NCBI GenBank assembly: GCA_036785375.1
Contig: JAWMAR010001278.1
Location: 186,001 to 250,000 of the forward strand
Direction of reading: 5' to 3'
From: Leucoraja ocellata
Taxonomy: Eukaryota
Length of the DNA: 64,000 nt
The translations under genes and the position numbers were made by a program. The notes under the pieces are model-generated. The model worked only from the letters and a program-made list of their open reading frames with translations. It had not been told where the DNA came from and did no database searches. Numbering within the stretch: position 1 is the stretch's first letter; the number at the start of each line of letters is the position of its first letter. Positions 10,996 to 22,525 of this stretch are shown here, piece after piece.

Positions 10996-13900
10996 ACTGA
11001 TAATGTGTTCAGGAGCATCTATTGATGTATTTGTATCAATCACTGTGCTGGTGAAACCAGTGGCGACCAGGAATAGACTGGTTGACAACCAAGAATAGGG
11101 TGGTGACGACTGGAGAGACAGTGGACAGCTCGGAAAGACGGTAACCGGGGTGTTGCGGGTTGGCAGCCCAAACCGCATCCTCTGAGAGGAGGAGACCCAA
11201 ATCACGCTACAGAAAAACACATGGAAAAATACCCCCAGGGTGCCCGAAAGGGGGGGGAGGATGAGCACCTCTATTGGATGGATCAAAGGTTCACGACTAA
11301 TGGCAATGGACAACCGACTATGAGTATCAAATGCAGATGTGGTAAGGTTTGCAAGAACAGCCGAGGCCTGAAGATTCACCAGACCCGGATGAAGTGTTTG
11401 GATGGACAGGGAGTGTCACAACGCACAGGTATTTTACCTGGTGAGACGCAGGAGGAGCCAGGCCCGGAATCACCCCATAGAGCCCGAAGCCTCCAAGTGG
11501 CGCAACTAGTCGCTCGGAACTGTTCTCCGGAGAAGGTTCGAGTCAGATGGCCTCAGGCCTGCAAGACGGCAGTCTGGCATCAGTTCAACGAGGACGTCGA
11601 CAAGGTGCTGGAAGCGACTGCGAAGGGAGACGTGGACCAAAGGCTGCGGTCGATGACGACAATCATCATCAGCCTAGCTGTGGAAAGGTTTGGAGAAGTG
11701 GAGAAGAAGCCGTCCTGAACACCTTTCACCATGAACCAACGAGCAACGAAGATCCACAAGATCCGGCAGGAGCTGAAGTCCCTCAAGAAGCAATATGAAG
11801 GGGCCAGGGAAGAGCAACGTCCCCCCTTGGCTGAGCTGTGAACCATCCTGAGGAAGAAGCTGATGACCCTCCATAGGGCTGAGTGGCACCGAAGACGCCG
11901 AAGGAAAGAGCCGGGAAGCGAGCATCCTTCATAGCCAAGCCCTTCGGCTTCACCAAACAACTACTCGGGCAGAAGCGCAGTGGGAGTTTGGCTTGCCCTA
12001 AGGAGGAGATCGACCGGCACATCCAGACGACCTACAGTGACCCCATCAGGCAGCAGGAGCTGGGCCAATGTAACATCCTGATAAAACCACCTCCACCCAT
12101 CAAGGAGTTTGATAGTAGAGAGCCACTCCTGAAAGAGGTCCAGAACGTTGTGAAGAGAGCAAGAGCTGGCTCAGCCCGTGGCCCGAGCGGAGTCCCCTAC
12201 AAGGTCTACAATAACTGCCCCTTGTTACTGAAACTGCTGTGGAAGATCCTGAAAGACATCTGGAGGAGAGGAAAAGTGGCGCAGCAGTGGCGATTCGCTG
12301 AAGGAGTCTGGATCCCAAAGGAGGAAGATTCCTAAAAGATCGATCAGTTCAGAATCATCTCCTTGCTAAGTGTTGAAGGCAAGATTTTCTTCAGCATACA
12401 GCTCAGTGCAAAAGGGAGGCTTATCTGGAGTGCCGGGGTGTCTAGAGCACACGGGAGTGGTGACCCAGCTCATCAGAGAAGCCAGGGAGAACAAGGGTGA
12501 CCTGACAGTGCTCTGGCTTGACCTGGCCAACGCCTACGGCTCCATCCCGCACAAGCTGATCCAGACAGTCATGGCCAAGCATCATGTGCCGGGTTAAGTG
12601 GCAGATCTCATTCTGGACTATTACAACCAGTTCAGCATGAGAGTCTCATCAGGGTCAGTAACATCAGAGGGGCACAGATTGGAGGTTGGGATCATCACAG
12701 GCTGTACCATCTCTGTGATCCTTGTTGCCTTGGCGATGAACATGATCGTCAAGTCTGCTGAGACAGAGTGCCGGGGCCCTCGGACCAAGTCAGGAATGCG
12801 CCAACCACCAATCAGAGCCTTCATGGCCAACCACTGAGTCAGTGCCAGGAGGCAGGTGGATCCTGCAGGGGTTGGGGAAACTGATTGGATGGGCAAGGAT
12901 GAGGTTTAAGCCAGGAAAATCAAGGTCACTGGTGCTGAAGAAGGGCAAAGTCATGGACAGGTTCCGCTTCAACATCGAAGGGACACCAATCCCAACTGTC
13001 TCCGAAAGGCCCGTGAAGAGTCTTGGCAAGGTGTTTAACAGCAGCCTGAAGGATACAGCATCTGTCCAGGCAACCTGTCAGGAGCTGGAGAGCTGGTTGA
13101 GAGCAGTGGACCGGTCGGGGCTTCCCGGCAAGATCAAGGCATGGATTTACCAGCATGGTATCCTGCCAAGGATACTCTGGCCACTGCTTGTCTACGAATT
13201 CCCAATATCCATCGTAGAGAGATTGGAGAGGAAAGTCAGCAGCTTTCTCAGAAGGTGGCTGGGACTGCCCGGGAGCCTTAGCAACATCTCCCTTTACGGA
13301 AATAACACCAACCTCCAGCTGCCCCTGAAGTCCCTGGAGGAGGAGTTCAAGGTGACTCGGGCCAGAGAGGTGATGCTGTACAGGGACTCCAGCGACCCCA
13401 AGGTGGCTCAAGCAGGGGTGGAGATGAAAACTGGGAGGAAGTGGAGAGCCGGCGAAGTCGTGCTGCAAGCAGAGTCCCAAATACGCCACAGAGTTCTGGT
13501 GGGAGCAGTGACTCGGGGAAGAGCAGGCCTGGGAATCTTCCCATCTCCCCAGTTTGACAAGGCCAAGGGGAAGGAGAGGCGCAGGCTGGTCCAGGAGGAA
13601 GTGAGGGCAGTGGTGGAGGAGGAGAGGTGTACCAGAGCAGTAGGATTGAGGCAGCAGGGAGCCTGGACAAGGTGGGAGCAGGCCATGGACCGAAAAGTCA
13701 CATGGACTGAGCTCTGGCAGGCTGAACCACAGCGCATCAAGTTCCTGGTCCAGGCAGTGTATGATGTCCTGCCCAGCCCATCGAACCTCTTCATCTGGGG
13801 CAAAGCGGAATCTCCAGATTGCCCGCAATGCTCAGGCAAGGGGACGTTGGAACACATCTCGAGCTGTTGCCAAAGGCTGTTGCCCAATCGCTCTACAAAG

Positions 13901-14176
13901 CCTTGAGTGCACTGGGCATAAACGGAGTGGCAAGGAGAAGGGCCATCAAGAACACCACAGAGGCAGCGGAGAAGGCCTCGAGATGGCTCTGGATCAGGAG
14001 AGGAAGACAATGGGGAGGAGCGAATGCCACCTGAACACAAGTCGTGGTCTGATCAACCACGGCTGGGTCGCCTGGGTGAGGGTGTCTGATGTTGAAAGAC
14101 CTGAAACGCCCAATGACCCCAGGTTACATCACTGATGATGTGTTCAGGAGCATCTATCGATGTATTTGTATCAATC
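10996..14176 (+). mobile_element. Hero/R2-like RLE-class non-LTR retrotransposon, near full length, inactivated
   Basis: Single broken ORF from 11221: N-terminal CRCGKVCKNSRGLKIHQ finger; RT motifs GPSGVPY, WIPKEE, VQKGG..GCLEH, WLDLANAYGS, GIITGCTISV; CPQC..TLEH knuckle; ends AAEKASRWLWIRR. Stops and internal deletions are present. Confidence 0.8.
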
Positions 14177-14769
14177 GATGGATGAATTTTATCTTGTGTT
14201 GAATCAACCAATAGAATAATATTGTGCTTGAGAAACTTCATGACTAATTCTTTCTTGTATCATATTCTTCATAATTTTGATTAACATGTTTATAGTAGTT
14301 TTACTCAGGTATGTAACAAGTCCACCACGGCCTTTACTTTGACCCTTTCCTTGTTGCTCTAATCATTTGATTCTTTGTTTAGACTTGATTTGCACTGCAG
14401 AAACATGAGCTGCCATAATGGGGTTATATTTTACCATCAACTACACTGTAGCTAAAAAATTGCCTTGATTCTGAACCTCATTATCTAGAATGTAGGCCGA
14501 TTCATTTCTGTGACCTCGAAAAGGAAGTGCTTGCTTGCCTAACATCTTCATGATGTCTATAATCCTCATGACAATACTTCTCTGCTTCAATACTTCTTCT
14601 TTCCTTTTAATTAGTGATGCTGCTGCAAACAAATTATCTAAGGTGGCATCATTAACCACATTGATAGATTGCGGAGTATTTCTGACATAGGTTGTTGTCG
14701 ATTTATGTAAATGAGATCATTACCATGCATAACTAGTAATTTACGTTTGAATTCTCATGTAGTTGAACT

Positions 14770-17582
14770 TAGAAACATAGACAATGGGTGCAAGAGGCCA
14801 TGCGGCCCTTCGAGCCAGCACTGCCATCCATTGTGATCATGGCTAATCATCCCCTATCAATCACCCGTGCTTGCCTTCTCCCCATATTCCTTGACTCCAC
14901 TAGCCCCTAGAGCTCTATCTATTAAATCCATCCAGTGATTTGGCCTCCACTGCCCTCTGTGGCAGGGAATTCCATAAATTCACAACTCTTGGAGAAAAAG
15001 TTTTTTCTCACCTCACTCTTAAATGGCCGCCCCTTTATTCTAAGACTGTGCCCCTGGTTCTGGACTAGCCCAACATTGGGAACATTTTTCCTGCATTTAA
15101 CTTGTCCAGTCCTTTTATAATTTTATATGTTTCTATAAGATCCCCCTCAACCTTCTAAACTCCAGTTTAATACAAGCCTAGTCTTTTCAATCTTTTCTCA
15201 TATGACAGTCCCGCCATCCCAGGGATCAATCTCGTGAACCTACGCTGCACTGCCTCAATCACAAGGATGTTCTTCCTCAAATTAGGAGACCAAAACTGTA
15301 CACAATACTCCAGATGTGGTCTCACCAGAGCCCTATACAACTGCAGAAGAACTTCTCTACTCCTATACTGAAATCCCCTTGTTATGAAGGCCAACATTCC
15401 ATTAGCTTTCTTCACTGCCTGCTGTACCTGCACGCCAACTTTCAGTGACCGGTGTACAAGGACACCCAGGTCTCGCTGCACCTCCCCCTTACCTAACCTA
15501 ACCCCATTGAGATAATAATCTGCCCCCTTGTTTTTGCCGCTGAAGTGGATAACCTCACATTTATCTATATTATACTGCATGCCACGCATCTGCCCACTCA
15601 CTCAACCTGTGCAGGTCACCCTGCAACCTCCTAACATCCATTTCACTGTTCACACTGCCACCCAGCTTTGTGTCATCCGCAAACTTGCTAGTGTTGCTCC
15701 TAATTCCCTCTTCCAAATCATTAATGTATATGGTAAACAGTTGTGGCCCCAACACCGAGCCTTGCGGCACTCCACTCGCCACTGCCTGCCATTCTGAATA
15801 GGACCCGTTCACTCCTACTCTTTGCTTCCGGTCTGCCAAACAATTTTCTATCCATGTCAACACCCTACCCCCAATACCATGTGCTCTAATTTTAGTCACC
15901 AGTCTCCCGAGTGGGACCTTATCAAAGGCTTTCTGAAAGTCTAGATACACTACATCCACTGGCACCCCTTCAGCCATTTTACTTGACACATCCTCAGAAA
16001 ATTCCAGAAGATTAGTCAAGCATGATTTCCCTATCATAAATCCATGTTGACTTGGACTAATCCTTTTATTGCTACCCAAATGCCCCATTAGGCACAAGGC
16101 ATTGGGGGTTCAGTATTGATGTGGATAGAGAACTGGCTGGCAAACAGGAAGCAAAGAGTAGGAGTAAACGGGTCCTTTTCACAATGGCAGGCAGTGACCA
16201 GTGGGGTACCGCAAGGCTCAGTGCTGGGACCCCAGCTATTTACAATATATATTAATGATCCGGATGGGGGAATTGAAGGCAATATCTCCAAGTTTGCGGA
16301 TGACACTAAGCTGGGGGGCAGTGTTAGCTGTGAGGAGGATGCTAGGAGACTGCAAGGTGACTTGGGTAGGCTGGGTGAGTGGGCAAATGTTTGGCAGATG
16401 CAGTATAATGTGGATAAATGTGAGGTTATCCATTTTGGTGGCAAAAACGGGACAGCAGACTATTATCTAAATGGTGGCCGATTGGGAAAGGGGGAGATGC
16501 AGCGAGACCTGGGTGTCATGGTACACCAGTCATTGAAGGTAGGCATGCAGGTGCAGCAGGCAGTAAAGAAAGCGAATGGTATGTTAGCTTTCATTCCAAA
16601 AGGATTTGAGTATAGGAGCAGGGAGGTTCTACTGCAGTTGTACAGGGTCTTGGTGAGACCACACCTGGAGTGTTGCGTACAGTTTTGGTCTCCAAATCTG
16701 AGGAAGGACATTATTGCCATAGAGGGAGTGCAGAGACGGTTCACCAGACTGATTCCTGGGATCTCAGGACTGTCTTATGAAGAAAGACTGGATAGACTTG
16801 GTTTATACTCTCTAGAATTTAGGAGATTGAGAGGGGATCTTATAGAAACTTACAAAATTCTTAAGGGGTTGGACAGGCTAGATGCAGGAAGATTGTTCCC
16901 GATGTTAGGGAAGTCCAGGACAAGGGGTCACAGCTTAAGGATAAGGGGGAAATCCTTTAAAACCGAGATGAGAAGAACTTTTTTCACACAGAGAGTGGTG
17001 AATCTCTGGAACTCTCTGCCACAGAGGGTAGTTGAGGCCAGTTCATTGGCTATATTTAAGAAGGAGTTAGATGTGGCCCTTGTGACTAAGGGGATCAGGG
17101 GTTATGGAGAGAAGGCAGGTACGGGATACTGAGTTGGATGATCAGCCATGATCATATTGAATGGCGGTGCAGGCTCGAAGGGCCGAATGGCCTACTCCTG
17201 CACCTAATTTCTATGTTTCTATTATTACCTCTTTTTTAATAATTGACTCCAGCATCTTTCCCACCACCGACGTCAGGCTAACTGGTCTGTAATTCCCCGT
17301 TTTCTCTCTCACTCCTTTCTTGAAAAGTGGGATAACATTAGCTATCCTCCAATCCACAGGGACTGATCCTGAATTTATTGAACATTCGAAAAAGATCACC
17401 AATGCGTCCACTATTTCTAGAGCCACCTCCCTGAAGACCCTGGGATGCAGACTATCAGGCCCAGGGGATTTATCATCCTTCAGTCCCATTAGCCTACCCA
17501 ATACTGTTCCTCGCCTAATGAAAATTTCTTTCAGTTCCTCTACCCCCTTAGATCCTCTGTCCTCCAGTACTTCTGGGAGATG
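14770..17582 (-). mobile_element. CR1 LINE (RT plus 3' tail) inserted in the hAT, split by a second CR1
   Basis: KSPGPDSLHPR..NYRPVSLTS (17221-17501), QHGF..DFQKAFDKV..GVPQGSVLGP..FADDT (15570-16088), tail near 14770. Confidence 0.9.
16091..17220 (+). mobile_element. Young 5'-truncated CR1 LINE
   Basis: Uninterrupted 338-aa RT C-terminal ORF, TTTCTATG tail, flanked by ATTA (16087-16090 and 17221-17224). Confidence 0.92.
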
Positions 17583-19180
17583 GAACTTGGATATTGTTTA
17601 CCGATACTTTTTTTACGAAACTCGAAAAAATATATAAAAGGATAAAGGCCACGTGTAGCTGCCTGGTGAATGATGCAACATGAAATTATATGCAACAATG
17701 ATCTTTTATTGAAAACTTAACATTTCCCTCACTAGGTTAGCCTACATTATAATACATATACAAAAACTCAAAATTTCAAAATAATGTTCTTCAATAACCA
17801 AATTGGCCTCAGAATCGGTGGCATTGCTTTTTACATTCTTCAAAAGCCTGATCATTTCTGGATAGGTATGTAACTCTAATTGATCAGCAATTTTCTCAAT
17901 GACTGCAAACCCTTCTTTTGAATGTAATAACTCGCGTAACTTTCTCTTTTGGGGCTATTTCTATGCTCGGTTTTGATTAACTTCAGACTGCTTTAAAGAC
18001 TTTCAATCGGAGCATTTACAAATGGTAGGAAAACATACACCCAACAACTTTACGAAGATTTCCAATGTAGATACGTTTCATATGCCACATTAAACATATT
18101 ATGAATATTGATGATTGCAAGAATAACTTGAAAGAACGCCAGATAAACCCCTACTTGATAAAAAATATCAAATAACTTACTTACACTTCAATAGGCTATG
18201 TTCATTAGTCAATACTACTGTGGCCTATGCAGCTTCAGAAGAGGAGACAATCCACTTGTCCAGCGCTCACACCAGCAAGCAACTGTGACAACTGTTGAAA
18301 CTTAGAAGTTTGGTCCGACTATAGTAAGACATTAATAATGGTCCCACGACCAAAGTGAACATGTCCAGTTTGATACCAGTGTAGTGTTACAAGTCGCAAA
18401 CCTTTGAGTTTACCGTTCATGGCTTATCACTTCAATATCTTTGACCTCATAATTCACGGTCAAAGGTACCGCTTCTCCTTTTCGGTGACCTCACGACGCT
18501 ATGTACGGCTTGATATCCTTTCAAGTTGCCGACCATCTCAAATCACGAACTGTAACTTTATCTTTAAATTCACACACTCTTGCTGCAAACATCGAATTTC
18601 CTTAATTATGCCCGACCCGAGCCCCCCTATTCCACATCCTTCCACTACCTCTCCTGCTTTGTTCCTTTTCATGCACTGCTTATTTGTGTCCTGTTCTCTT
18701 TTTTTTCTTATTCCTTTTGATTACTAAAACAGTTGTCTGTGTTTGTTTCTTTATTGCATTTTTATTTGATATATGGGGCCCACTTCATCAGGGGCCCACT
18801 TGCCACTTGCAAGCTGACACCCTGGCCAGTCCGCCACTGTTCGTGTGTATCGAATGGTGTTACTGTGCAGGGATCGCTGGTTGGCACGGACTTGAAGGGC
18901 CGACGTACCTGTTTCCGCGCTGTATCTCTAAACTAAACATAGAACTAGTGTGTGAACGGGTGATCGATGGTCGGTGCGGACTCAATGGGCCGAGGGGCCT
19001 GTTTCCACGCTGTATCTCTAAACTTAACGAGATCTAAAATGTGTGGGGATTATTTTTTACCCAGAGAGTGGTGGTGCCTAGGGGTGATGGTCGACCCAGC
19101 GGTGATAGAGGTGTTTTGGTGGCCTTTAAATAGGCACATGGACATGCAGAGAATTCCAGATTATGTACAGGCAAAGAAGA

Positions 19181-20404
19181 TTCAATTCAATTCAATTCAA
19201 TTCAATTCAATTCAATTCAATTCAAAGCACTTTATTCGTCCCCGAGGGGCAATTTAAAAAGGCGCATTACAGTAGCTTTTTAAAAAGGGACACAATCAAC
19301 AAACATAAGCAGCACGCATACTGCACAATCAACCAGCACACGCATTTCACAGACACACTGCACAATCACACATCAACATTCAACACATAGCAATAGTTTT
19401 AAAATGCTATTAATTAAATATAATTAAAAAAGTGCATATAGAAGGTTATTTCATTTCATATGTTCATGAGTCAGTGATCAGCATTAAAAAGTTGGACAGC
19501 CCTGGGGATGAAGGTTGCCTTCCTCCTCTGTGTCCAGCAACCCGGACAGCGGAGTCTACGTCCTGAGGGGAGCCACTCAAACTCAGGAAACAGGATGTGA
19601 GAGGGGTCCTGAAGAATCCTGCGTGTTAACTTTAAAGACTGTTGGTCGCATAGGGCAGTGAGAGTTCGGACGGGCTGCTCAATTATTTTTGAGCAGACCT
19701 TGACCACATTCAACAGGCGGTTTCTGTTTTGCAGGGTGATGGAGTGGAACCAGCTAGTGAAAGAAGGTTATTACATTTTCAATGAATGCGTAGTAGAATG
19801 TAGTGAGAATGTCTTTGTTAATCCCAAATGACTTTAGCTTCCTGAGTAGGTACTGTCTCTGATGGCACTTTTTAAGGATTTCCTCTATGTTAGAGGAAAA
19901 CCTTAGCAGGTTGTCGAAGGCTGTTCCCAGGTATTTGTATACCTCCACTATCTCCACTGGCTCCTGCTGGATGATAGTGGTGGCTGCCTCAGCCATCTGT
20001 CTCTGTTGGGGGGAAAAAGTCACAATCATGTCCTTGGTTTTGCTTATATTTAGCTCAAGACAAGACTTTTCACACCATACTATAAAGTCCTGCAGGGCTG
20101 AGCTGTGATGTTGTGTGTGGCTGGGAAGAAGAGACAGGAGAACTGTGTCATCAGCAAAATTTACGAAGTGGCAGTTTGGCTGGGTGGATCTGCAGTCATC
20201 AGTGTAGAGAATGAAGAGAAGTGGGGAGAGGACACAGCCTTGTGGAGAGCCAGTGAAGGTGAAGAGGGTGTCGGACAAGGTGTGGTTCACCAACACCCTC
20301 TGTGATCTGTTGGTGAGGAAGTCTATAATCCACAGAGTGAGTTGGTGGTTGAGATGGAAGCGGGTGATGAGCTTCTCAGCCAAAATATGTGGCTGCATGG
20401 TGTG
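19181..20404 (-). mobile_element. Rex1/Babar LINE 3' part
   Basis: WIIDFLTNRSQRV..GSPQGCVLSPLLFILYTDDC..FADDT; (TTCAA)n tail at 19181-19224. Confidence 0.85.
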
Positions 20405-20519
20405 ATTAATTTGATTAATTAATCACTGATTAATTTGGCATTATGTTCGGCATTATGTTCATTATTTGGCATTATGTTCGGCATTATGTTCGGCACGGAC
20501 ATTGTAGGTCGAAGGGGCT

Positions 20520-21027
20520 GTTCCTCTATATCGGTGAGACCAAGCGGAGGTTGGGCGATCGTTTCGCCGAACACCTCCGCTCGGTCCGCAATAACCTAGC
20601 TGACCTCCCGGTGGCTCAGCACTTCAACTCCCCCTCCCACTCCGCCTCCGACCTCTCTGTCCTGGGTCTCCTCCATGGCCACAGCGAGCAGCACCGGAAA
20701 TTGGAGGAACAGCACCTCATATTCCGTTTGGGGAGTCTGCACCCCGGGGGCATGAACATCGACTTCTCCCAATTCTGTTAGTCCTTGCTGTCTCCTCCCC
20801 TTCCTCAGCTCCCCTGCTGTCTCCTCCCACCCTCCAGCCTTCCGGCTACTCCTCCTTTTCCCTTTCTTGTCCCCACCCACCCCCACCCCTGATCAGTCTG
20901 AAGAAGGGTTTCGGCCCGAAACGTTGCCTATTTCCTTCGCTCCATAGATGCTGCTGCACCCGCTGAGTTTCTCCAGCTTTTCTGTGTAACCTTCGATTCT
21001 CCAGCATCTGCAGTTCCCTCTTAAACA
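20520..21027 (+). mobile_element. Penelope-like element 3' fragment (GIY-YIG endonuclease plus terminal repeat)
   Basis: LYIGETKRRLGDRFAEHLRSV..HFN..H..E..GMN, followed by the terminal repeat that contains the hammerhead-like core. Confidence 0.85.
20893..20929 (+). ncRNA. Minimal hammerhead-ribozyme-like motif in the Penelope terminal repeat
   Basis: CUGAAGA-A-GGG(UUUCGG)CCC-GAAA-CGUU: catalytic boxes, stem II and palindromic AACGUU stem III; stem I is weak. Confidence 0.5.
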
Positions 21028-21526
21028 AAGGGCTGTTCCTGTGCTGTTCTCTGTTCTTGGTTCTGACCCTCTGCTAATTCATTATAAAACTTTGCATAGT
21101 TAGTTGAGCAAACTTGCCTTGCACAATTCCAGACATTCTTGAATCAGTAACTCAGCGGGTCAGGCAGCATCTCTGGAGAGAAGGTATGGGTGATGTTTCG
21201 GGTGGAGACCCTTCTTCTATCCAGAGATGCTGCCTGTCCAAACCAGTATCTGCAGTTCTTTCCTAAACAATTCTTGAATCAGTACAGTCTTATCCAAATC
21301 AGCAACCTAACCATGGCACTGTGGAACAGGAAGCTGGCACACCCGTTAGATTAAATACCTCCAATTTGACAGGGAGGGGTGTAGGGGCTGGTGGGGAGAG
21401 GGTTGTAGAGACCAAAAATAGGGTCACAGCCAGAATAGGGTTGCAGAGATAGTGAGGGACTCTTCCCACAGTACAGCACTCCCTCCAATAAGTCAAAGTC
21501 ATGTCCCATCTGGGGTTAAATGGGTT

Positions 21527-21675
21527 AGCTTGCTTGCAGTGTAGCTGCTTACAGTGTAGCTGCTTGCAGTGTAGCTGCTTACAGTGTAGCTGCTTGCAGT
21601 GTAGCTTGCTTGCAGTGTAGCTGCTTACAGTGTAGCTGCTTGCAGTGTAGCTTGCTTGCAGTGTAGCTTGCTTGC
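21527..21675 (+). repeat. 15-bp tandem repeat GCTTRCAGTGTAGCT
   Basis: About 9 visible copies. Confidence 0.9.
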
Positions 21676-21884
21676 GACGATGGTGGCCACGGTGTACTGC
21701 TCCTTGCTGTTTTGTATGTGTTTGTTCGTTTGTGTCGTCTGTGAAAACCCTACACAGATTACTTTTATGAGAGATGTATTCATAAACATCGGACATACGA
21801 TATCTGCAAATATTGTTGCGGATTTCTCTCACTCGCTGGATTATTTGGACGTACTCGTCGGCGGGGCTGTGACTGGCCTCAGCC

Positions 21885-22525
21885 CCGCCGAGGATATGAC
21901 ATGGGCATCACACGCCTCAGCACTCGTGAGTAAGGCAAGGCAGCGCCTTTAACACCTCAGGCAATTGAGGAAATTCAGAGTGTCTCCGAGGATCCTCCAG
22001 TGCTTCTACGCAGCGGCGGTGGAAAGCATATTGTCCGGGAACATTACCATCTGGTTTGGGAATTGCTCTGCCAAGGACAAGAAGGCTCTGCAGAGAATAG
22101 TGCGTTCGGCCGAACGCACTATGGGAACTTCACTCACCCCCCTGCAGGAACTATACAACAGGAGGTGCAACTCCAGAGCAAACAAAATCATGGGAGACCC
22201 CTTCCACCCCTGCAACGGACTGTTCCAGCTGCTACGGTTAGTCAAACGCCTCCGTTGCCATGCGGTGAGAACGGAGAGGTTGAGAAGGAGTTTCTTCCCA
22301 GAGGCAATTCGGACTGTAAACGCCTATCTCACCAGGGACTAACTACAGAACGTTTTTCCTTCCATTATTTATTATGTAAAAGAATATGTGTGTTATGATT
22401 GTGTTTATAATTTGTATGGTTGTTTTGTTGTTTGTCTTTTGCACAAAAGTCCGCGAGCATTGCCACTTTCATTTCACTGCACATCTCGTATGTGTATGTG
22501 ACAAATAAACTTGACTTGACTTGAC
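21885..22525 (+). mobile_element. Rex1/Babar LINE 3' fragment
   Basis: KARQRL..ESILSGNITIWFGN..DPFHP..SFFPEAIR; (CTTGA)n tail. Confidence 0.85.

Larger units (their letters stand above)
8989..18839 (-). mobile_element. hAT (Tip100/ZMYM1-like) DNA transposon, decayed, with nested insertions
   Basis: TIRs CAGTGGCGGAC (8989-8999) and GTCCGCCACTG (18829-18839), subterminal GGGGCCCAC motifs. Transposase pieces: LGKQALPFRGH..GNF, VDSTQD, SIIIRYV, STDGAASYHG..YAHVLNL..ETRW, and a C-terminal dimerisation region near 9340-9600. No matching TSD. Confidence 0.85.

Noticed and set aside
9340-11018. Host ZMYM1/ZNF862-like gene
   Set aside because: Lies between TIRs, is intronless and frameshifted: a decayed hAT transposase.
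14084-14140. Canonical hammerhead in the Hero 3' UTR
   Set aside because: CUGAUG and GAAAC are present, but there is no stem II and the stem topology is wrong.
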